From: Chloroflexota bacterium
Lineage (GTDB): Bacteria > Chloroflexota > Limnocylindria > Limnocylindrales > CSP1-4
Length of the DNA stretch: 64,000 nucleotides
Assembly: GCA_003141455.1 (NCBI GenBank)
Contig: PLMA01000067.1
Span: 85,850 to 149,849, forward strand
Direction: 5' to 3'
Position numbers and translations under genes: made by a program. Positions 56,382 through 64,000 of the stretch are shown here, in pieces. The first letter of the stretch is position 1. Each line of letters starts with the position of its first letter. Below the pieces are notes generated by a model. It was not told the DNA's origin. It saw nothing but the letters and a program-made list of their open reading frames with translations, and did not search any database.

Positions 56382-57833
56382 TCACGGCTGCGGGCCGGAG
56401 GTGCCGTACGGCGTCGTGTCGACGATCTCGCGGATTCCATCGCCATCGGTATCGGTCCAGCCGAACATCACGTACGGAATCCAGTCGTCCATGAGGTTGC
56501 CATCCGGTCCGGCCACCCCCGTCTGATATGGCCAGTCGTCCATCATCCCGAACATGTGGCTGAGCTCGTGGTTGAAGTCCATCACCAGCCCGCCCTGCAG
56601 TTCGCGGGCACCCGTCACGCCGGACCAGATGTTGATCGCCCCGAACTTGCCGGTCCCGCAGGCCTCCAGGGCCAAGCCGCCGCCCGGTTCGATCAGCCCT
56701 GGGAAATTGCGGGACCCGTATGTGCCGTTGGCGTCCAGATCGATCTGCATGATGAAGTCGTACGCGGACGCGTCTTTGCCGGTCAGTGTTCGGATCTGCT
56801 GAGCGGTCAACAACTGGCCGGGCACAGGGGGCGACCCAAGATATGCCGCATCGGCTTCGATTCGCATCGGCGCGGAGGAGGACCCGTGACTGGTGGCGAA
56901 GCTCGCATACAGACCGTTCAGCCAGGCCACCACGACTGGAACGTTTGCCAGGGCGTCTTGCTTGACCGTCCCGGTGTTGCCGTAGTCCACGAACACGACA
57001 AGCACCCGGTATGTGCCCGCAGGGCGGCAGTACGTGTATGCGCCTGTCGTCGAACGGTGAGCCGGATCGGCGTACGGCCCGTTGCTCCACTCCACGTGTC
57101 CGTCATCGAATACCTGAACGTAGTAGCGCGTCCCTTTGTAGTAAGCCGCGCCGATCCAGCGCGAGCGAGTCGGGTTAGTAGGAAACTCGAAACGCTGCAG
57201 CGAGGGTGCCGGAATGTTCACCTTGTAGGTGTCCTGGAGCAGCTGCCTCACCCGGCTCAAAGCCTGCTCGCGGGTGAGTGCCGGCGGCAGTGTGAAGGCC
57301 GGGACACCAGTAACGGTGATGTGGATGGTCGCTTCCGCCATGTTCTTGTCGCTGTCCATCGCCGTCGCAGTCAGGGTGTAGGCCCCGCCGCCGTTGGGCG
57401 GCGACCAGGCGATCTCCCCCATATACGGAACGACGCGACCGGCGTTCTGCGCCGCGAGAGCATGGCCCCCTTCGTCCACCGCAGGCAGGCCGTTGGCGGT
57501 CAAGTCGATCATCAAGGGAGCCTTGCCGGTCACCTCGATCTGGACGACGACCAGCGGACGGCCCTTCGCGTTGAGAGTGCCCGCCGCGGTGCCTCCCTCT
57601 GTCAGGCTGACGAAGCGCACCTGCATTCCCCCCGCGGACGGAACACTGGCCGACGGAACGCTCGTGGACGGAACGCTCGCCGAGACCGCCGGGGATTGAG
57701 TGAGCGGCGCCGTCGCGAGTCCGGTGGTTGACGGCGAAGCAGAGCCGCAGCCGGCCAGAATCACCGCAAGGAAGAGCAACAGCCCGGGTCTCTTCGAACA
57801 CCACCTGGAGAACGTGGCCAATCCTCCTGGCAA
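56382..57833 (-). CDS. Lipoprotein with Ig-like domain and zinc metallopeptidase motif
   Basis: LAGC lipobox, S/P linker, YTLTATA.D...(Big-like), VLVVFVDY, HELSHMFGMMD; start uncertain. Confidence 0.75.
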   Translation of the reverse strand: MPGGLATFSRWCSKRPGLLLFLAVILAGCGSASPSTTGLATAPLTQSPAVSASVPSTSVPSASVPSAGGMQVRFVSLTEGGTAAGTLNAKGRPLVVVQIEVTGKAPLMIDLTANGLPAVDEGGHALAAQNAGRVVPYMGEIAWSPPNGGGAYTLTATAMDSDKNMAEATIHITVTGVPAFTLPPALTREQALSRVRQLLQDTYKVNIPAPSLQRFEFPTNPTRSRWIGAAYYKGTRYYVQVFDDGHVEWSNGPYADPAHRSTTGAYTYCRPAGTYRVLVVFVDYGNTGTVKQDALANVPVVVAWLNGLYASFATSHGSSSAPMRIEADAAYLGSPPVPGQLLTAQQIRTLTGKDASAYDFIMQIDLDANGTYGSRNFPGLIEPGGGLALEACGTGKFGAINIWSGVTGARELQGGLVMDFNHELSHMFGMMDDWPYQTGVAGPDGNLMDDWIPYVMFGWTDTDGDGIREIVDTTPYGTSGPQP

Positions 57834-58040
57834 AGGTGTACCGGATTACTGCATGTACATTCTAGCGATGAGTTCCGCCTCCGAAGCGTCTCCATCCGGT
57901 CGAAATGGACCCCTCGGCCGCGAGCGCCCGCAAGGCCGGGCCTTCTGCCAGGCGGTCTTGCGCGGAGTTCGAGCGCGGCAGCGGTCGAAGGATCGCTAGA
58001 GTCTAGGTGCGAACGGATCGGTCCCGTCTTCAGATTCCAG

Positions 58041-58769
58041 ATGGCCGTTCCGTCAATCGCCGATGGAGCGAACGTGAACGATCGACGCCACAAGATCGAT
58101 TGCGATCGCGACGCCGATCAGTGCGCCTGCGATCCCGGGCGCTCGGTCGGAAGCCGCATCGGCGACCATTTCGACTCGAAGGTCGAGCGTGCCGGACCGG
58201 GCGCGGGATCGTCCCTGCACAAGACCTCTGTGGCGCTCCTTGGGCTCATGGGCGACCCGACCGAACGGACGATCCTCGAGCTTGGATGCGGCCGAGGCGG
58301 CCTGCTGCTGGAGTTGCTGCGCTCAGGCGCGGCCGGCGTGAGGGGGCTGGACCTCTCCAGCGCGAGCGTCGATCAGGCTCGCCACAGGTTTGCCACCGCC
58401 GGGCTGGCCGATCGCGTGACCCTGGAGGTTGGCGACGGAGCGAAGATGCCTCTCGAGCCCTCCGACTGGGTCGTGCTGGACCGGGTCATCTGCTGCTACC
58501 CGGACGCCGACGGGCTCGTCGCCAATTCCGTCCCGGCCGCCCGCCGGCTCTTCGCCTTCTCGGTCCCGAACTCGCGCGGCTGGCGCGGACTGGCTGCGCG
58601 CGTAGGACGACAGCTCGACAACGGCTGGAACGGCCTTTGCAGGCGCTCGTGCAAGACCTTCGTTCACGACCTGGACCGGCTCGACCGAACGCTCACCGCC
58701 TCGGGCTTCTCGCTTCGCGGTCACGAAACGCGCGGGCTCTGGTACGTCGCTGTCTACGAGCGCGCCTGA
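58041..58769 (+). CDS. Class I SAM methyltransferase (BchM-like fold)
   Basis: ILELGCGRG, GLDLS, GDG, VVLDRVICCYPD, FVHD; start may be GTG 58074. Confidence 0.85.
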   Translation: MAVPSIADGANVNDRRHKIDCDRDADQCACDPGRSVGSRIGDHFDSKVERAGPGAGSSLHKTSVALLGLMGDPTERTILELGCGRGGLLLELLRSGAAGVRGLDLSSASVDQARHRFATAGLADRVTLEVGDGAKMPLEPSDWVVLDRVICCYPDADGLVANSVPAARRLFAFSVPNSRGWRGLAARVGRQLDNGWNGLCRRSCKTFVHDLDRLDRTLTASGFSLRGHETRGLWYVAVYERA

Positions 58770-58782
58770 ACGTCGTGCGGGC

Positions 58783-59142
58783 CTACGAGCGCAGAGCCGG
58801 CCGCGTGGCGCGCCGCCCCGACACGACAGGCAGTCCTTCCGCGGCCCACGCCTCGAAGCCGCCGGCGATGTCCGTCGCGCGCGCGAAGCCCATGTCTCGG
58901 AGCGTGGCCGCGGCGATGCTCGACGAATAGCCGCGGGCGCAGCAGAGGACGACCTGGCGGTCCGGATCTGTCAGCTCCGGATCCGCGTAGCCAGATGTGG
59001 GATCGAGTCGCCAGTACAGCACCGACAGCGGCACGTGGACCGATCCGGGGATCACGCCGTCTTCGCGACGGAGCTCGGCGCACCGAGTATCGACGATCAG
59101 CGCACCGGCGGCCTGAGCGCGAAATGCGGCCTGCGGCTCCAT
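58783..59142 (-). CDS. Rhodanese-like protein
   Basis: LIVDTR....R..G.IPGS....L.WRLDP.S, LCCARGYSS..AA..L..MG..ATD..GGF.AW. Confidence 0.85.
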   Translation of the reverse strand: MEPQAAFRAQAAGALIVDTRCAELRREDGVIPGSVHVPLSVLYWRLDPTSGYADPELTDPDRQVVLCCARGYSSSIAAATLRDMGFARATDIAGGFEAWAAEGLPVVSGRRATRPALRS

Positions 59143-59208
59143 TCGCTCGAACCGCGAGCGGGCGGCGTCGAGCAGCTCGCCGAAACGACGGATTGAGCCG
59201 GGCTCGAC

Positions 59209-59466
59209 CTAGTACCTGGTGCGGCGCGTCTCTTCTTTCTTCGGCGGGCGCGGCTCGTGGCCAGGGCGCGGAGGGCGCGGAGCCGTCCCGGGGGCCATGT
59301 CCGGCGGGGGCGGCAGCGGCCCACGAGCGCGGGCCGCTTCTACCTGGGCCGCGAAGGCTGCCGCGCGCTCAGGTGGAATGGCGCGCTCCCAATCGGCAGT
59401 GATCTGCTTGACCCGCACATTCTCCGCCGCTCGCTGCTCGCGTTCGTGTCTCGACCTCTTCGTCAT
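59209..59466 (-). CDS. Small Pro/Arg-rich hypothetical protein (85 aa)
   Basis: MTKRSRHEREQRAAE... helical N-terminus and a Pro-rich tail. Confidence 0.55.
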   Translation of the reverse strand: MTKRSRHEREQRAAENVRVKQITADWERAIPPERAAAFAAQVEAARARGPLPPPPDMAPGTAPRPPRPGHEPRPPKKEETRRTRY

Positions 59467-59667
59467 TTGGTCCTCGTCTGGGTACCAGGGATCTCCGTCG
59501 ACTGGAGCGACCATTTTGCGCTCATTGCCGGCGCCTGTCCCGCAACTCGTCGCACTACGCCGGCAGCGGCGCTCCCGCATCCCGATGCTACCGCGCCCGC
59601 AGCCTGGCAGAGAAGGAGCTGGGCGATGAGTCACAGGGATGCAGAGGAGGCGGCTGACAGGTGAGGC

Positions 59668-60477
59668 CTAACTCGTTGGTGCCGTGATCGTCACGCCCCA
59701 CAACGTGTCGATGCTGATGTCCAGCGTCACCGTCTCATGGGACGGCGTGCTGACGATCTTCTGATCGAACGACGCCCGAATAGTCAGGCCGGCCGGGGTC
59801 CCTTCGTCCTCCGCCCAGAAGGACAGACTGCTGACGCTGAGGTTCTCCTGACCGGAACCGGCGCTGATGCCGAACGCAGACAGGTCTACGCCCGCCATGT
59901 TCGCGACGGTGAGCTGATGAAGCTGTTTGCCGAACTTGGCCCCCACGCCCGCATCAAAGAAGAGGATGCCGCTGCCTACGAAGCCTTGGAGCGTCTTGCC
60001 TGAGGCAGGCGTCTTGGTCCATTCACCTCCGTTCGTCCGCAAATACGACGAGTCGCCTACGACGATGTTGTCGTTCGTGGCCGTGATTCCCAGGACCTTG
60101 GAGGTGATCGAGAAGTCGCTGTCTGCGCCTTTGACCTTGAACGTTCCCGAGACCGAGCCTGAGGTTGAGCCGAGGACCGTAGTCACCGCAATTGAACCGA
60201 CCACGGGTCCTTGGGCCTGGAAGTCGCTGCTGGCGACCTTGGCCTTGAAACTGTCCAGCGTCGACATCGGTGTCGGTGTCGGAGTTGGGGTAGGGGTCGG
60301 CGTCGGAGTGGGTGTCGGAGTCGGTGTGGGGGTGGGCGCTAAGGTGGGCGGCGGGATGAGGGTGGGCCAACCGTGGCTGCCGCTACAAGCCGCTACGGCC
60401 CCCAAGAGCGCCAACGCCAGGATGAGCGGACGAGCTCTTTGCCTACCCGGTCGCAACGCAGTCCAGGGTGTATTCAT
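59668..60477 (-). CDS. Lipoprotein with (PT)n linker and LolA/LppX-like fold
   Basis: AVAAC lipobox, PT repeats, D.I.VG..SY.R..GG.W, FWA.D.GTP, V.I.AP. Confidence 0.75.
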   Translation of the reverse strand: MNTPWTALRPGRQRARPLILALALLGAVAACSGSHGWPTLIPPPTLAPTPTPTPTPTPTPTPTPTPTPTPMSTLDSFKAKVASSDFQAQGPVVGSIAVTTVLGSTSGSVSGTFKVKGADSDFSITSKVLGITATNDNIVVGDSSYLRTNGGEWTKTPASGKTLQGFVGSGILFFDAGVGAKFGKQLHQLTVANMAGVDLSAFGISAGSGQENLSVSSLSFWAEDEGTPAGLTIRASFDQKIVSTPSHETVTLDISIDTLWGVTITAPTS

Positions 60478-61023
60478 AGGGCACGCTCTGATGATTGGCC
60501 CTGTCCGTGAATGTGACCTCGAGAGGTATCGAGTAGCCACCATTTCCACATATCCACTCTGCTGTAGCGACCGCTCCGGCCTTCTGGAACGCACTAGGAA
60601 TGTTCAGCTCCCCACCTTGTGACTGCGCGCCGGGGATTGTGGATCCAGCTATCCGGAAATCCCAACGGTATACATCGCCGTCGCGATCCGAGAAGTGCGC
60701 GTCTTGCTAGACCACCAGAAGTCCAGTCGACGTGTCCGGCCTCAGGTCGCAAGAGTTCGTCTGTCGACCGCCGGTCCCTCGGTCTCCTCGCACAGACAAG
60801 CAGCATCCTAGCGCACGCGGTTTCGCTCAATTCGTCCGAGACGCCGGTTCTCCGCGCCGTGGTCCCGCCGTCCCTTGAAACGCGAGGCGCCGCGACCTAT
60901 CCTTCACCGGCCATGATCGTCTAGCTTCGGCTTCAGTCGCGTTGCGCGCCCCCTGAGTGGCACCATCCGCCTGCTCAGGCCGCGGCCGCGCTCCCCCACC
61001 CCGCTGACCCTGGAGAGACGATC

Positions 61024-61884
61024 ATGTTCGACGAGCTTCAGCGAATCAACGAGCGGCCGGCCGTCTTCTCGCGTCTCACGACCCCCGCCCTGTGGACGGA
61101 CCCGCACACCTCGGAGCAGATGCTGCGGTTCCACCTCGATGGATCGGTCGACGTCTCGTCCCGGCGGACCGAATTCATCGACGCCTCCGTGGCCTGGATC
61201 GCGGAGGCCTTCCATCTGACCGACCAGTCGCGGGTCCTCGATCTCGGCTGTGGGCCGGGACTCTACACGAATCGCCTGGCGCGGATCGGCGCCGACGTGA
61301 CGGGGATCGATTTCTCGTCCCGATCCATCGCGTATGCACGCCAGGCGGCCACACGGGATGGCCTGCAAGTGACATACGTGAACGAGGACTACGTGGCCTG
61401 GGAGTCGAGCCGGCGCTTCAACCTGATCACGATGATCTACTGCGACTACTGCGCCCTGGCGCCCGTCCAGCGACGCGCTCTCCTCGGCAAGATCGCGCGG
61501 CTCCTCGAGCCGGAGGGGGCGTTCCTCTTCGACGTCTGCTCCCTCACCGCGTTCGACGCTTGGGTCGAGTCGGCTTCATACGCGGCGTCAGCCACCGGCG
61601 GGTTCTGGTCACCGGGCCCGTACTTCGAGTTCCGCAACAAGCTCGCATACCCCGAGGACCGAGTCACCCTCGACAAGTACGAGATCGTCGAGTCCGACCG
61701 AACGAGGACCATCTACAACTGGCTCCAGTACTTCGACCGGGAGGCTCTGGCTGCGGAACTCCACGGGGCCGGCCTGGAAGTCGCGTCCGTACTCGGTGAC
61801 GTCGCCGGGCGCCCGTTCGAGCCGTCGTCGTCCGAGTTCGCGGTCATCGCCCGCCGAAGCGATCGAGGCGGACGACCGGCTTAG
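61024..61884 (+). CDS. Class I SAM methyltransferase
   Basis: LWTDPH.S.QML..HL, RVLDLGCGPGLY, GIDFS.RSI.YA, IYCDYCAL, L.P.G.FLFDV. Confidence 0.9.
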   Translation: MFDELQRINERPAVFSRLTTPALWTDPHTSEQMLRFHLDGSVDVSSRRTEFIDASVAWIAEAFHLTDQSRVLDLGCGPGLYTNRLARIGADVTGIDFSSRSIAYARQAATRDGLQVTYVNEDYVAWESSRRFNLITMIYCDYCALAPVQRRALLGKIARLLEPEGAFLFDVCSLTAFDAWVESASYAASATGGFWSPGPYFEFRNKLAYPEDRVTLDKYEIVESDRTRTIYNWLQYFDREALAAELHGAGLEVASVLGDVAGRPFEPSSSEFAVIARRSDRGGRPA

Positions 61885-62041
61885 CCGGAATCAGGCTGGG
61901 GCGGAGACCGACGCATGCGTGGCCGGCATGCCCCGGCCTTCCGCGATAGCTAGACTCGACGGCAGGCGGCGTCCCCTTGTGCCGCACGTGTTGCCGGAGT
62001 GGATTCGGACCCGAGGTGGTCCGTCATAGAGGTGGTGCCTT

Positions 62042-63613
62042 GTGACTGGGAATTCGAGCCAGGGCACGATACGGTGCCTCAACTGCGGCACCCAATCTCC
62101 CGTCGGTGCCAGGTTCTGCCCGGTTTGCGGCCGGGGACTTGACGCGACGCAACCTGGATGGGCAGCGCCCGCCGCACCGGCAGGGGTCCCTGCGCCCCCA
62201 ACCCCGGCAGCCGTGCCGCCGCTGGCGCCCGGCTACGGGCAGCCACCGACGTACTCGCAGCCCCAGGCGTATGGCCAGCCTCCGGCCTACCCTCAACCGC
62301 CGGCATACCCGCAGCCACAGGGGTACGGTGCGCCTCCCGGATATCCGCCGGGAGCGAGCTACCCACCGGCTCCCGCCAGCCGCAGTTCCATGCCCCTTCT
62401 TCTGGGCCTGGGCGTCGTCGGGATCGTGGTTGTCGGCGCCTTCTTCGTCGCGTCCGGCGGTGGTACTCATGGCTCGCCTGCCCCCTCCGGGCTTGCTGTC
62501 GGCACGCGGACTTCCGCGCCGGCTTCGCCCACCCCCGCGCCGACTGTGAAGCCGACCGTCAAGCCGACCGTCAAGCCCTCCCCCACTCCGACCAAGCCGC
62601 CCGCCGGCTTCACCGCGACCGGCTCGATGATCGCCGAGCGCGATAGCCACACGGCCACGCTCCTTGCCGACGGTCGCGTCCTCATCGCCGCCGGCGAGAA
62701 CATCGATGGCGCAAAGGACGTGGTCTCGGCCGAGTTGTACGACCCGAACACCGGCAAGTTCACCGCCACCGGCTCCATGTCCACCGGACGCTACTACGCA
62801 ACTGCCACTCTGCTCAAAGACGGCCGGATCCTCATCGCCGGAGGCGACGACGACACTACGGTTCTCACCTCGGCCGAGCTATATGACCCCGCGACCGGCA
62901 AGTTCACACTGACGGGCTCGATGACCAATGGACGGGACGACCACACCGCCACTTTGCTCCCAGACGGCCGCGTCCTCATCGTGGGTGGCTGGAGCGGTGA
63001 CGCACAGGTGCCTTCAGCTGAGCTGTATGACCCCGCGACCGGCAAGTTCACACTGACGGGCTCGTCGGTCCGCGCTCGAAACTTCCACACCGCCACGCTG
63101 CTCCAAGACGGCCGCGTCCTCATCGCCGGCGGATACGGCGGCTCGACACAGCTTGCCTCCGCCGAGCTGTATGACCCAGCGACCGGCAAGTTCAGCGCCA
63201 CCGGCTCGCTCGTTACCGCTCGGGACTTCCACACCGCCACGCTTCTTCCAGACGGCCGCGTTCTGCTGGCCGGAGGCTGGAACAGCAAGTCGGCTTTCTC
63301 GTCGGCTGAGTTGTACGACCCCAAGAGCGGCAATTTCAGCTCCACCGGCTCGCTGGCTACCGCTCGCGACACACACACCGCCACGCTTCTCCCGGATGGC
63401 CACGTGCTCGTCACCGGAGGCTCCGACGGCCCTACCTTCACCGCCTCAGCTGAGCTGTACGACCCCGCGACCGGCAAGTTCAGTCCGGCAGGCTCCCTGG
63501 CCAGCGCTCGCGACCGCCAGAGCGCCACGCTTCTCCAGGATGGCCGCGTCCTCATCGCCGGAGGCTGGGACGGCGACAAGGTCTTCGCCCTGGCCGAGCT
63601 CTACCAGCCGTAG
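62042..63613 (+). CDS. Zinc ribbon + Pro-rich + TM + seven Kelch/galactose-oxidase repeats
   Basis: C..CG.......FC..CG; PxYxQP repeats; TM; 7x F..TGS...R..HTATLL.DGRVL..GG....SAELYDP. Confidence 0.9.
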   Translation: MTGNSSQGTIRCLNCGTQSPVGARFCPVCGRGLDATQPGWAAPAAPAGVPAPPTPAAVPPLAPGYGQPPTYSQPQAYGQPPAYPQPPAYPQPQGYGAPPGYPPGASYPPAPASRSSMPLLLGLGVVGIVVVGAFFVASGGGTHGSPAPSGLAVGTRTSAPASPTPAPTVKPTVKPTVKPSPTPTKPPAGFTATGSMIAERDSHTATLLADGRVLIAAGENIDGAKDVVSAELYDPNTGKFTATGSMSTGRYYATATLLKDGRILIAGGDDDTTVLTSAELYDPATGKFTLTGSMTNGRDDHTATLLPDGRVLIVGGWSGDAQVPSAELYDPATGKFTLTGSSVRARNFHTATLLQDGRVLIAGGYGGSTQLASAELYDPATGKFSATGSLVTARDFHTATLLPDGRVLLAGGWNSKSAFSSAELYDPKSGNFSSTGSLATARDTHTATLLPDGHVLVTGGSDGPTFTASAELYDPATGKFSPAGSLASARDRQSATLLQDGRVLIAGGWDGDKVFALAELYQP

Positions 63614-63662
63614 GGCCGCGCAGCCGGGATCGTCAGTTGAACGCCTTCTAGAAGGAACGGCC

Positions 63663-64000
63663 ATGCTGGATATCTCGGGCAAGTGGGTGCTTCTGACGGG
63701 TGCCAGCCGCGGCATCGGCCGGCAGGTCGCCGGCGCGTTGGCGGACAGGGGTTGCCGTCTCATCCTGCACAGCCGCACGCGCGAGCACACGGCCGACCTG
63801 GTGGCGCAGTTCCGGGCCCGAGGCTTGACCGTGCACCCGCTGGAAGCGGAGCTCTCCGACCAGAGCCAGGTCATCGCCCTGAGCGAAGAAGCCCTCCGCA
63901 TCTCGGGCGGCATCGACATCCTGTACAACAACGCCGCCATCCAGTCGGGCTGGCACGACGACATGTTCGCCACGGAGCTGGACGAGTACACGCTGAGCTT
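63663..64000 (+). CDS. SDR oxidoreductase, 3'-truncated by the window edge
   Basis: MLDISGK.VLLTGASRGIG ... GGIDILYNNAA; not in the ORF track because it has no stop in the window. Confidence 0.9.
   Translation, partial: MLDISGKWVLLTGASRGIGRQVAGALADRGCRLILHSRTREHTADLVAQFRARGLTVHPLEAELSDQSQVIALSEEALRISGGIDILYNNAAIQSGWHDDMFATELDEYTLS

Noticed and set aside
63644-63655. Perfect palindrome CCTTCTAGAAGG before the SDR gene
   Set aside because: It is a single 12-mer overlapping the SD, with no regulator nearby; too weak to call.

Overview
High-GC bacterial chromosome segment; gene content and order fit a Chloroflexota (Limnocylindria-like) genome, which is inference only. 1-39 kb is mostly core: mutS2, a FemABX-murJ-class A PBP cell-wall cluster, tyrS, a histidine cluster (yerC-like regulator-hisG-D-C-B-H-F-IE with divergent hisA), an LCP protein, a phosphoesterase, an EF-G2, yebC-ruvC-ruvA-(orphan)-ruvB-tgt-small ORF-recA-recX-rny-ymdB-PHP-miaB-miaA, and hflX. 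At 39.2-40.8 kb two equally spaced copies of a module (two DnaA-box-like 9-mers, a TAGATT -10 and a strongly base-paired GC-rich transcript) flank a polyprenol-phosphate glycosyltransferase. This is the best candidate for an undescribed ncRNA family. 40.8-50.2 kb is a decaying defence/toxin-antitoxin island: vapBC, hicAB, HTH-MNT/HEPN, ParE-type pairs, orphan antitoxins, HNH and DUF6602-like nucleases, and fragments of type I and type III R-M genes. It contains three copies of a 26-bp promoter/leader element. 50-64 kb encodes surface and secreted proteins, an ECF sigma/anti-sigma pair, a MenG-UbiA-like fusion and methyltransferases. No tRNA, rRNA, CRISPR array, integrase or transposase was recognised. 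All family calls come from motifs read by eye, not database searches.
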